Shown here: positions 10,033 through 18,496 of the stretch, one piece after another | Position numbering within the stretch: the first letter of the stretch is position 1 | How the letters are laid out: each line of letters begins with the position of its first letter | Assembly (NCBI GenBank): GCA_049570475.1 | Contig: CP186953.1 | Span: forward strand, 1,184,001 to 1,248,000 | Direction: 5' to 3' | Length of the DNA stretch: 64,000 bases | Source: Candidatus Methanosuratincola verstraetei | Lineage (GTDB): Archaea > Thermoproteota > Methanomethylicia > Methanomethylicales > Methanomethylicaceae | Notes under the pieces: generated by a model | The model's input: the letters and a program-made list of their open reading frames with translations, nothing else | Databases searched by the model: none | What the model was told of the DNA's origin: nothing | Program-made: the position numbers and the translations under genes

Positions 10033-11209
10033 TCTCGGCTATCGAGTCAAGGGAGTTCTCAACGATCCCCCTGATCTCGCCCTGTATGTTGCTCGTCACT
10101 AGGGATCCCCTCTCCATAACTAGCTGCACATTGGCCATGTGGGGGTCGTCTATTGCCCTGCCGATCTGGCTGACTATCTTGACGTATGCCTCATCCACCC
10201 CCTTTATCTCGGCTATCTTCTCGGCTATCCTCCCAGCCAGCACGTTGTAAATCTTACCCACGTGGCTCACCGGATTCTTGCCGGCTGCAGCCTCCAGCGA
10301 CATTGGCCTCTGTGGCGTGATAAGCCCGTTGGCCCTGTTCCCCCTCCCTGTCTCGCCGTCGTCCCCCATCTCGGCGCTGGTCCCTGTCACCGTGAGGTAG
10401 ACTATCCCCTTCTCAGGCAAATCAGCGTTGTTCAGGAAGACCTCTACAGGCGTGTCGCATTTCCTGGCGATGAAGTCCTCGACCGCTGACTTCAGCTCCT
10501 CCTTGACAGACAGGTAGTGGGATAGATCAGGCACATTCTTCGAGATCGTGGCTGCCGCTATGGTTATCTTGATCTCTCTCCCGGTCCTCAGCCCCATTAC
10601 CTTGACGTCCTCCCCAACCTCGGGGAACCTCTTTTTCGTCTCCGGGCTGTTGATGAACCTCTCAGTGTCGAATACAAGCCTCTCGAGCGTGTCCAAGGGC
10701 GCGTAACCGACGCCGAAGGAGGTGTCGTTCGAGCATATCTTTCCATACCTCGTGTTGAAGTTGCATACCAGGTCAGCCGACCCCTTTCCTATCTTGTGGT
10801 CGATTATCACATGGTGGTCAACGTCAAGGTGGGGGAGATTGTTCCTGATCCAGTTCTTTGCTGCCTGGAGGGCTATCCTACCCACCGGGATGTACTCCAC
10901 CCCGCCGTTGGTGTTCACCTCGCTGGTCGCCCTTCCTGACATTATTATGAAAATCGGGGTGATCACCTCGCCTCCCCCGAACTTGGGGTTCGCCTGCCCC
11001 CCCACAAGGAGCACCTTGTCGACGTTGTGGTGAAGTATTGTGCCGAACCTTTTCTGGTACTCCTTGCAAAGCTCGAGGCTGAACTCCTCCGACAGGCTGT
11101 CTGCGATGTAGTCGGGGTGCCCGAGGCCCTTCCTCTCTACGAACTCGACGCTGTGCGACTCGACCGGCTGCTGCTGGAGCGCTTCTACAACAATGTTCCT
11201 AGGACTCAA
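9992..11209 (-). CDS. mat: S-adenosylmethionine synthetase, archaeal type
   Basis: [50 protein letters not shown]. Confidence 0.97.
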   Translation of the reverse strand: MSPRNIVVEALQQQPVESHSVEFVERKGLGHPDYIADSLSEEFSLELCKEYQKRFGTILHHNVDKVLLVGGQANPKFGGGEVITPIFIIMSGRATSEVNTNGGVEYIPVGRIALQAAKNWIRNNLPHLDVDHHVIIDHKIGKGSADLVCNFNTRYGKICSNDTSFGVGYAPLDTLERLVFDTERFINSPETKKRFPEVGEDVKVMGLRTGREIKITIAAATISKNVPDLSHYLSVKEELKSAVEDFIARKCDTPVEVFLNNADLPEKGIVYLTVTGTSAEMGDDGETGRGNRANGLITPQRPMSLEAAAGKNPVSHVGKIYNVLAGRIAEKIAEIKGVDEAYVKIVSQIGRAIDDPHMANVQLVMERGSLVTSNIQGEIRGIVENSLDSIAEITEAILEKRVTLF

Positions 11210-11350
11210 ATATAGCCCTCCACCATCACTTTAAAGGTTAGCATATCCCACTTCCTAATATTGCTTTCTAGTATGACTTTTCGATTGTCGAATAACCCCG
11301 GATAATTTTTCTGGATCTAGGCTGGCGGTCTGGCAAATGCGCTTGGGTTT

Positions 11351-11848
11351 TTACAGGGGCGGCTGCGGGATCTGCCCCTTGATCACCCTCATAAGCTCTT
11401 CCGGCCTCTTGGTGGAGAAGGCGAACTCGTCATACTTGGCGCCCTTCACCTTCAGAACGAGTCGAGGGGCGCTAGTTATGTTGTAGACAAGCCTTGTCTT
11501 TCCATCCACCCTACCTCCCCTTATCCCGAATCCGCCGTACCTGAGCGATGAAGCCTGGTCCAAATAGCAGTCCTCGATCTGATCCCATCTGAAAGAAGTC
11601 CTGATCCTCCCGAACGCCACTGATATCCCGTCGAAGGTCGCCTTGATCGAGAGCCTGCTGAAGTTAAGCGCGATCCCCATGCCTGCCGCTGCGACTATTG
11701 CGATCACAACCAGTGCAATCGGATCCTCGCTCGGGTCGTTCACGTAAGCGAATGTTGTCACCCCTGCCGCGAAGCACAACACACCCAAGACCAGCGCTAT
11801 GATCAGCCTCCATGTTATGGTCTCCTCATAGAGGATGACTGATGACAT
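11351..11848 (-). CDS. Hypothetical membrane protein (2 TM plus PH-like soluble domain)
   Basis: two hydrophobic helices, then YGGFGIR and FSTKRPEEL motifs. Confidence 0.6.
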   Translation of the reverse strand: MSSVILYEETITWRLIIALVLGVLCFAAGVTTFAYVNDPSEDPIALVVIAIVAAAGMGIALNFSRLSIKATFDGISVAFGRIRTSFRWDQIEDCYLDQASSLRYGGFGIRGGRVDGKTRLVYNITSAPRLVLKVKGAKYDEFAFSTKRPEELMRVIKGQIPQPPL

Positions 11849-11903
11849 GGACCGCTGGCCTCCTCTTAAGGGTGCGTGCTTTGTCTACGCTGGATGGCTC
11901 CAC

Positions 11904-12140
11904 TCATTGGGGTCTCGAGGTCTTGATGTAGAGTATGTTGTTGCCCCTCACCAGGATCTTGCCGTACTTTGCTATCGGCTCGCTGGAATCGTCAGAAGCC
12001 TCAACCGCATCACTCATTATGAGGTTCATTGTTGGGTCGTACTTCTCCAGGATCCCGACGTATTCGTGCCCATCCTTCAGCTTGACAAGGATCTGGCTAT
12101 GCAGGGACTTGTTGAGCAACCTTATCGGCTCGCTAGGCAT
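11904..12140 (-). CDS. Sm-like archaeal protein (SmAP/Lsm)
   Basis: VKLKDGHEYVGILEKYDPTMNLIM (Sm1) and ILVRGNNILYI (Sm2). Confidence 0.95.
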   Translation of the reverse strand: MPSEPIRLLNKSLHSQILVKLKDGHEYVGILEKYDPTMNLIMSDAVEASDDSSEPIAKYGKILVRGNNILYIKTSRPQ

Positions 12141-12220
12141 TTTATCGATACACCAACTTACCGTGAATAGGGCTCGTTATAAAAACCTTTTCTGTGCAGG
12201 ACCTGCGGATGATCCGTCGA

Positions 12221-12796
12221 TCAATCTTCCCTGAATCCCGTGATGAAGATGTCTTTCAACGTTTCTGATGCATGGACCGCTGCCCTGATTCCCGCCGCCA
12301 GCGGGGGTTCTATCCCTGCCCTTTTCAAATAGCTTATCCCAATAGCACCGCCTGCCTTAGTGATCCTCCTGATCTCACTGATTGCCCGTTCCGGGTTCTC
12401 CGCCAGCTGGATCACGCTCACAGAGAATGCCGCATCCGCAACACCATCCTTGAAAGGCATGTTCTCCACATCCCCCAAGACTAAGTCGGCCTCAATCCCC
12501 TTCCGCTTCGCCTCGCGCAGCATGCCAATTGAGCTGTCGATGCCGACCAGCCATGCCTTGGCCCTTTCTGAGACTGACTCGAGAAGGAGTCCTGTGCCGC
12601 ACCCTGCGTCTATGACTGTGTCGCCGTCTCTCAGCCTGACCCTGTTGAGGAGGAACCCTATCTTCAGCTGCTGCTCCTCCCTGTACCTCATGTCGTATAT
12701 ACCAGCAGTTGCGTTGTAATCCTCAGCGATCCTTGTCTTCAATGTGGACGCCCGGATCAAACTTGAAAATCGGTCTGATAAATTATTGCCCGCCAT
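12221..12796 (-). CDS. Class I SAM-dependent methyltransferase (UbiE-like)
   Basis: IDAGCGTG, GIDSSIGML, GDVENMPFKD. Confidence 0.85.
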   Translation of the reverse strand: MAGNNLSDRFSSLIRASTLKTRIAEDYNATAGIYDMRYREEQQLKIGFLLNRVRLRDGDTVIDAGCGTGLLLESVSERAKAWLVGIDSSIGMLREAKRKGIEADLVLGDVENMPFKDGVADAAFSVSVIQLAENPERAISEIRRITKAGGAIGISYLKRAGIEPPLAAGIRAAVHASETLKDIFITGFRED

Positions 12797-12817
12797 CGCT
12801 TCCAGAGGCGGATCTTC

Positions 12818-13122
12818 TTGGCTGAAGCCGTTCCCAAATCCGAAAAAACCGTCCCTGCGGGCACAGTGCTAGTCGGTAAGAAGTCGGTGATGAGCTATGC
12901 AATGGCTGCACTGATGGAGCTGACGGAGTCCGGGTCGGTGACGGTCAAGGCAAGGGGAGGGCGATCTCCCGCGCGGTGGACGTCGCTGAGATCGTCTCGA
13001 AGCGTTTCCTTGGTGGCGATGCCGTGGTCAAGAGCGTTACGATCGGCACTGCGATCGTTGGCGATCCCCATAAGAACGTCTCTACCATAGACATCAAGAT
13101 ATCGAGGAAGCCTGCCAGCTGA
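12818..13122 (+). pseudogene. albA: Alba chromatin protein with a single-base frameshift (pseudogene, recoding or assembly error)
   Basis: Frame 1 gives [11 protein letters not shown]...VTVKARG. After the GGGG run (12954-12957) the -1 frame continues [18 protein letters not shown]...[15 protein letters not shown] to 13122. Confidence 0.85.
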
Positions 13123-13238
13123 GAAGCATCCCGCAGTCTTGTGATACCCTTCTCTTTCTCTTTCTTTTTCTGTTCAAGTCATGATTCTAGGCATTCCCCA
13201 TCAAGATCAGGATTCGGAATCGGGGAGGATCTTCCTCG

Positions 13239-13517
13239 CTAGCCACCAGCGACCGGAGGGAAGAAAGAGACAACATCCCCATCATTCAGCCCTGTTTCGA
13301 GCCCCCTAAGCCCCCTGACGTCCCTGCCGTTCACGAGGACCTTCACTAGGTCTTTCAGCTTCCCCCCCTCAAGAACATTTTTCATCAGCGCCCCGCCTGT
13401 CCGTGCGTCTAATTCCTCTATGAGGTCGAGCAGCGTGCTCCCTGCGATCTCCAGTTCCATCGCTGGGCAGCCTACTTTCTCCCTCAGATCGGCGAAGAAC
13501 TCAGCCTTCACTTTCAT
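13239..13517 (-). CDS. MoaD/ThiS-family ubiquitin-like sulfur carrier (SAMP-like)
   Basis: MKVKAEFFADLRE...VLVNGRDV...GDVVSFFPPVAGG with C-terminal GG; start at ATG 13517. Confidence 0.92.
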   Translation of the reverse strand: MKVKAEFFADLREKVGCPAMELEIAGSTLLDLIEELDARTGGALMKNVLEGGKLKDLVKVLVNGRDVRGLRGLETGLNDGDVVSFFPPVAGG

Positions 13518-13542
13518 ACGCAACACCGATGAGGATTCTGAA

Positions 13543-13587
13543 TCCTTTCTTCCTTTCCTTCCTTTCCTTCCTCTTCCCTTCCTTCCT
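13543..13587. repeat. 45-nt pure polypyrimidine/polypurine tract (TTCC / TTCCTTTCC units)
   Basis: tcctttcttcctttccttcctttccttcctcttcccttccttcct, in the divergent moaD/AOR intergenic region. Confidence 0.8.
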
Positions 13588-13660
13588 ATCAAATCCAACC
13601 GGAAGCAGGAAAGATATAAGTGTGCCCCCAATTCTCTCCTGTCATCAGGAGGATCACCGC

Positions 13661-16156
13661 TTGGGCGGTTACATGAACAGAATACTCCGCGTTGATCTCA
13701 CGACTGGGGAGATCTCTTCAGAAGAGCTTGATTTCGAAACTGCCGCGCAGTTCATAGGCGGCAGGGGATACGGGGCAAAAATCCTTTACGATGAGCTGAA
13801 GCCAGGCACCGATCCGCTCGGTCCGGACAACAAGCTCATATTCATGACTGGGCCCCTGACCGGGACCGCTGCCCCCACTTCGGGCAGGTTTTCTGTCTCG
13901 ACGAAGTCTCCTGCCACTGGGACAATATTCGACGCCAACAGCGGCGGATATTTCGGCGTCGAGCTGAAGCGGTCAGGCTATGACGGCATCATATTCGAGG
14001 GGAAGAGCAGCAAGCCCGTCTACCTCTCAATAATCAACGGCGAGGCCCGCCTCAACGACGCCTCAGCGCTCTGGGGCCTAGACACGACGCAGACCGAGGA
14101 CCGGCTCAAGCAGATCGTCGGGGATCCCTTGGCAAGGGTCGCGTGCATAGGGCCTGCGGGGGAGAGACTGGTCAAGATCGCGGCGATAATGAACGAGAAG
14201 CACAGGACTGCTGCGAGGGGCGGTGTCGGCGCGGTAATGGGCTCGAAGAACCTAAAGGCGATCGTCGTCAGGGGCAGGGCTGAGATACCGCTTGCAAACC
14301 GGTATGCGTTCATGAAGGAGGTCAAGAGGACAATCCAGGTGCTCAAGGGCCACCCGATAACCGGAGACGGGCTTGCCCGGTACGGCACCTCTGTGCTTGT
14401 CCACATCATAAACAAGGCGGGGATCTTCCCGGTGAGGAACTACAGCACAGGCGTATTCGAGGAAGCCGAGAAGGTGAGCGGGGAGTACATGTCCAAGACC
14501 ATCCTCCGTGGCAAGAAGGGGTGCTTCGCCTGCCCGATCATGTGCGGGAGGATCACCCAGCCAAGGCTCCCGACCGGAGAGACGATAGAGACAGAGGGCC
14601 CGGAGTACGAGACTGTTTGGGCGCTCGGGCCGAACTGCGGCATAAGCGACCTGAATGCGATAGCCGTGGCGAACGATCTCTGCAACAAGCTTGGCGTCGA
14701 CACGATATCGATGGGCCAGGCTATAGGGTTCCTGATGGCTTGCGCGGAGAAGGGCAAGGTCAAGCCCTCGGAGATCGGGATCGACGCAAAATTCGGCGAC
14801 ACCGAGGCCCTGCTCAAGCTGATCCGCATGACCGCTTACCGCGAGGGGATCGGGGACCTGCTGGCTGAGGGGACCCGCAGCGCTGCCAAGAAGCTCGAGG
14901 CTGATGACTTTGCGATCCACGTGAAGGGGCTCGAGCTGCCTGCATACGACCCGAGGGGGGTGAAGGGCATGGCACTGTCATATGCCACCTCGAACAGGGG
15001 CGGGTGCCACCTCAGAGCTTTCATGATAGTCCCGGAGATCCTCAGCATGCCGAGGTACCTGAACCCGAACTCGTACGACGACAAGGCCGCCCTAACAAAG
15101 GTAATGCAGGACGTCTTCGCGGTGCTGGACTCCCTCGTGCTTTGCAAGTACACGACTATGGCGCTCTTCAGCACCCTGGCATTCGAGCCGGACTTCTACG
15201 CCAGGCTGCTCACCTGCGCGACAGGCTTCTACGTGGACAGGGAGGAGTTCTACAGGATAGGCGAGCGCATTTACAACATCGAGCGCCTCTTCAACGTTAG
15301 GGAAGGCTTCAGCAGGAAGGACGATGCGCTGCCTAGGAGGTTCACCGAGGTCCCGATGCCCGACGGTCCGGCCAAGGGCGAGACGGTCGACATGGATAGG
15401 TTATTAAATGAGTACTATGCAGTGAGAGGCTGGGACTATAACGGTATACCGTCAAGCAAGAAGGTGCTGCAATTGGGTCTGAAGCCAGTTTACGAAGGTC
15501 CTCAGCTGCAGGTGGCAATAGACGAGCGCTACTTGAAGGATGCCATACCCATAGCCGAGAAGGCATACCGCGGTGGCGCCGAGATAATCGAGGCTGGGAC
15601 CCCGCTGATAAAGTCAGAGGGGCTCAACGCTGTGAGGTCCCTTAGGAAGGCCTGCCCCAACGCGACAATCCTGGCAGACCTCAAGACATTCGACACGGGC
15701 TGGCTCGAGACTGAGCTCGCTGTCGAGGCTGGGGCTGACATCGTCACTGTGATGGGCGCCACTGACGACTACACCATCTCTGACGCGGTCGGCGCTGCTA
15801 GGAAGTACAATGTCAAGGTGATGGTCGACCTGATGAACCTCAAGGATCCGCTCTCCAGGGCGCTCGAGGTCGAGAAGCTGGGCGTGGACATGGTCTGCAT
15901 GCACGTGGGCATAAGCGCCCAGTCGAGGGAGCGGGAGGTGGACCAGAAGGTCGCGCTGGTGCAGAACCTGGCGAGGAGCCTCAAGATCCCGGTCTCAGTC
16001 GCCGGCGGCATAAAGCTCGAGGTAGTGCCGCAGATGGTCAAGGCAGGGGCGCGCGTGCTGGTCGTCGGGGGCGCAATAACAAAGTCAGCGAACCCCGAAG
16101 AAGCGACAAAGCGCTTCGTCGAGGCCATAAGGTCAACTTGGGCAGCGATGAAGTGA
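13661..16156 (+). CDS. Fusion of tungsten-family aldehyde:ferredoxin oxidoreductase (N-terminal ~607 aa) and 3-hexulose-6-phosphate synthase (C-terminal ~218 aa)
   Basis: AOR motifs: ILRVDL, GGRG, KSPATG, RGGVGAVMGSKNLKA, CFACPIMC, EYET, LGVDTIS, SNRGGCH, YYAVRGW. HPS motifs: LQVAID, IEAGTPLIKSEG, ADLKTFD, HVG, VAGGI, VVGGAIT. AGGAGG precedes TTG 13661. Confidence 0.92.
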   Translation: MGGYMNRILRVDLTTGEISSEELDFETAAQFIGGRGYGAKILYDELKPGTDPLGPDNKLIFMTGPLTGTAAPTSGRFSVSTKSPATGTIFDANSGGYFGVELKRSGYDGIIFEGKSSKPVYLSIINGEARLNDASALWGLDTTQTEDRLKQIVGDPLARVACIGPAGERLVKIAAIMNEKHRTAARGGVGAVMGSKNLKAIVVRGRAEIPLANRYAFMKEVKRTIQVLKGHPITGDGLARYGTSVLVHIINKAGIFPVRNYSTGVFEEAEKVSGEYMSKTILRGKKGCFACPIMCGRITQPRLPTGETIETEGPEYETVWALGPNCGISDLNAIAVANDLCNKLGVDTISMGQAIGFLMACAEKGKVKPSEIGIDAKFGDTEALLKLIRMTAYREGIGDLLAEGTRSAAKKLEADDFAIHVKGLELPAYDPRGVKGMALSYATSNRGGCHLRAFMIVPEILSMPRYLNPNSYDDKAALTKVMQDVFAVLDSLVLCKYTTMALFSTLAFEPDFYARLLTCATGFYVDREEFYRIGERIYNIERLFNVREGFSRKDDALPRRFTEVPMPDGPAKGETVDMDRLLNEYYAVRGWDYNGIPSSKKVLQLGLKPVYEGPQLQVAIDERYLKDAIPIAEKAYRGGAEIIEAGTPLIKSEGLNAVRSLRKACPNATILADLKTFDTGWLETELAVEAGADIVTVMGATDDYTISDAVGAARKYNVKVMVDLMNLKDPLSRALEVEKLGVDMVCMHVGISAQSREREVDQKVALVQNLARSLKIPVSVAGGIKLEVVPQMVKAGARVLVVGGAITKSANPEEATKRFVEAIRSTWAAMK

Positions 16157-16274
16157 CCATTCCCCCAAGCAGAGCCTCAATTTTTTTCCTTTCATTCCAA
16201 ATCAAAGCCGAAAAAGCAAACCGCCCTTTATGCACCTCTGGACGCCTGGCTCCACATCGTTCGCGCTTCAATGG

Positions 16275-16820
16275 TCATTTCTTGAGCGTCTCCCTGAGGG
16301 TCCTGCCGTGGCAGTCCATCGTCACGAAGCAAGGCCCGAAGCCCTCCACCTCGAGCACCCAGACGGCCTCTGGGTCCCCGAGCTCCCTCCAGTAAACTCC
16401 CTTTATCCCGACCACTGACCTCGCTGCCAGCGCACCCGCCCCCCCGGGGTACTCCGCATAGACCGCGTGGTGCTCTGAGAGCGCGCTGAGGGTTCCAGAT
16501 CCCATCCCACCTTTGCCGATTATGCACTTTGCCCCGGTCCTCGCGAGGATCTCCCCCTCGCTCCTTTCCATCCTCATGCTCGTGGTAGGTCCAGCCGAGA
16601 CCACCCTGCTCCCCTTTACTAGAGGCCCGCAGTGGTATATCACTCCGCCCCTGAGGTCGAAGGGCAGCCTCCCCCCTCCCCTGAGGATCTCAAGGGCCTT
16701 CAGGTGCGCCTGGTCCCTCATCGTGAATATCTCGCCAGTTATGTAAATGATATCGCCGACCTGAAGCTTTGAGACCTCCTGGTCGCCTATCTTTCCCCTG
16801 AGACTGTATGCTTTGCCCAA
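16275..16820 (-). CDS. Class I fumarate hydratase / L-tartrate dehydratase beta subunit
   Basis: TMRDQAH, YHCGP, GPTTSMRM, IGKGGM, MDCHG. Confidence 0.9.
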   Translation of the reverse strand: MGKAYSLRGKIGDQEVSKLQVGDIIYITGEIFTMRDQAHLKALEILRGGGRLPFDLRGGVIYHCGPLVKGSRVVSAGPTTSMRMERSEGEILARTGAKCIIGKGGMGSGTLSALSEHHAVYAEYPGGAGALAARSVVGIKGVYWRELGDPEAVWVLEVEGFGPCFVTMDCHGRTLRETLKK

Positions 16821-16824
16821 GCCG

Positions 16825-17664
16825 TCACCTCCTTATCAAAACCCTGTCGCCTTCAGCCTCGAGGAAGACCCTCCTGAGCGCCCAGCACTGTATGCTCACA
16901 GCGACGGGTAGGCTTGCCGTGTGGCAGTCCGCAGCCTCCAGCCTGACCGCGAGCGCCGTGTTCTTGCCCCCGAACCCCATCGGGCCGATCCTGAGCGAGT
17001 TGATCTCCCTCAGCAGATCGCCTTCTAAATGCGACGAGAGAGCGTCCTCTGTTGGCTCGTCGAGCCTCCTCATCAGGGCGCGCTTGCTCAGTAACGCTGC
17101 GGCGTCGAGGCTCCCCCCGACGCCTACGCCCACGATGATCGGCGGGCAAGGCTTGGCGCCAGCCTTCCTGACAGTCTGGAGAACGAATTCCTTTATCCCC
17201 CCCACCGACTGGTCCGGGTCCAGCATCGTAGCGGCGCTGACATTCTCCGACCCGGCACCCTTGGCCAGTATGCCTATCCGCAGCCCCCCCTCCGGGCGCG
17301 GATCTATATGTATGATCGGGTTGCCCCTGCCCAAGTTGTTGCCTGTGTTCTTCCTTGAGAACGGATCGACTATGTTCGCCCTGAGGGGCACCGCCTCGGT
17401 TGCCATCGCGACCCCCTCCATGATTATCCTGCAGATCTCACTGCAGCATCCCTTGGCGCTCACAAAGAAGACCAGGCTCCCCGTGTCTTGGCAGATCGGG
17501 ACGCCCCCCTCCCTTGCGATCCTCACATTCTCGAGCATGGCCCCGAGGACTTCCCTGCTGATCCCCTCCTCCTCATCCCGGCAACGCGCGAGTGCCGCCT
17601 CTACATCAGGGGGCAGATCAGTTTCCATCAGCCTTATCGCTTCGGCTATGTCCTCAGCCCTCAT
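16825..17664 (-). CDS. Class I fumarate hydratase / L-tartrate dehydratase alpha subunit
   Basis: PICQDTG, KGAGSEN, PCPP, GPMGFGG, HTASLPVAV, QCWA. Confidence 0.9.
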   Translation of the reverse strand: MRAEDIAEAIRLMETDLPPDVEAALARCRDEEEGISREVLGAMLENVRIAREGGVPICQDTGSLVFFVSAKGCCSEICRIIMEGVAMATEAVPLRANIVDPFSRKNTGNNLGRGNPIIHIDPRPEGGLRIGILAKGAGSENVSAATMLDPDQSVGGIKEFVLQTVRKAGAKPCPPIIVGVGVGGSLDAAALLSKRALMRRLDEPTEDALSSHLEGDLLREINSLRIGPMGFGGKNTALAVRLEAADCHTASLPVAVSIQCWALRRVFLEAEGDRVLIRR

Positions 17665-17712
17665 CTGCCAACATCGAAGATTTGATAAGCGCTCAAGTTA
17701 TAAAAAAGCAAT

Positions 17713-18213
17713 GTGGTCTGCTTGTCCACATACGACCTGCTCCACAAGTTCGAGGCCGAGGTCTCCCAGATAGTCCGCTACGTTTACTTTAGGAGCCTCC
17801 CCAGGGCCGAGCAGGACCTCTCGGTCCTGAAGAACAAGCTGAACGGGACAGGCGAGCTGGGGAGGGGCTTCTACGACGCCGTCAGGGGCATATACAACTG
17901 CGCTAAGGAGAGGGATTCTGCCTCGCTCTACATCAAGCTCTACAGGAAAGGGGAACCGCAGGAGATAAGCGCCCTCTCCGAGAAGTTCAGGAACGAGGCA
18001 TACAGGCCGACCATAGACGACTATGAGAGGGGCTTCCTGATAGCCTGGGAAATAGCGGCAAAGACCCTTGCCTTCCTGAAGGAGAGCTACCCTGAATATC
18101 CGCTCAACAGCGAGCCGCAGGAGAAGAAAAAGCAACAGGAGGCGGGCGAAGATGTCTTCGAGGTAGCCCCTCGTAAGAAAGCTAAGGAAGAGCGGAAGGG
18201 TAAAGAAGGTTGA
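17713..18213 (+). CDS. Hypothetical helical protein (start may be TTG 17722)
   Basis: host-like codon usage; TATA-like ttataaaa at ~17698; internal RGFY.A / RGFL.AW pseudo-repeat. Confidence 0.6.
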   Translation: MVCLSTYDLLHKFEAEVSQIVRYVYFRSLPRAEQDLSVLKNKLNGTGELGRGFYDAVRGIYNCAKERDSASLYIKLYRKGEPQEISALSEKFRNEAYRPTIDDYERGFLIAWEIAAKTLAFLKESYPEYPLNSEPQEKKKQQEAGEDVFEVAPRKKAKEERKGKEG

Positions 18214-18496
18214 TCGAGATCACCCATGTCGAGAACCAGAGCAGGAAGTAAGAAAAGATCCCCGTCATGTAGTACTTATTCTTGTCCGGAATGCCCCTGA
18301 AGGTGCCGAAGCTCTTTAGGAACACGTACGAGGCAAGGTAGACCGCAACCCCGACCGCGATCCCCAGTTCGCCCCTGATGTTCAGGCCGCCCGTGACAAG
18401 ACCGCCGATAACTGCAAATAGCACCCTGATGTAATACATCCTCCTGTAGAGGCCCTCGGGCTTAGGAGCTGATTGTTTTGAAGTCTGGGATGACAT
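18182..18496 (-). CDS. Small 3-TM membrane protein, EMC6/Rab5ip-like
   Basis: three hydrophobic helices; YIRVLFAVIGGLVTG and terminal GIFSYFLLWFSTWVISINLLY resemble the EMC6 pattern. Confidence 0.55.
   Translation of the reverse strand: MSSQTSKQSAPKPEGLYRRMYYIRVLFAVIGGLVTGGLNIRGELGIAVGVAVYLASYVFLKSFGTFRGIPDKNKYYMTGIFSYFLLWFSTWVISINLLYPSALP

Noticed and set aside
13529-13660. Hydrophobic 'signal-like' N-terminal extension (FFLSFLSFLFPSFL) on the AOR-HPS ORF, and the mirror GRKGRK extension on MoaD
   Set aside because: Both are translations of the polypyrimidine tract. AOR homology and a ribosome-binding site point to TTG 13661, so there is no evidence for export.
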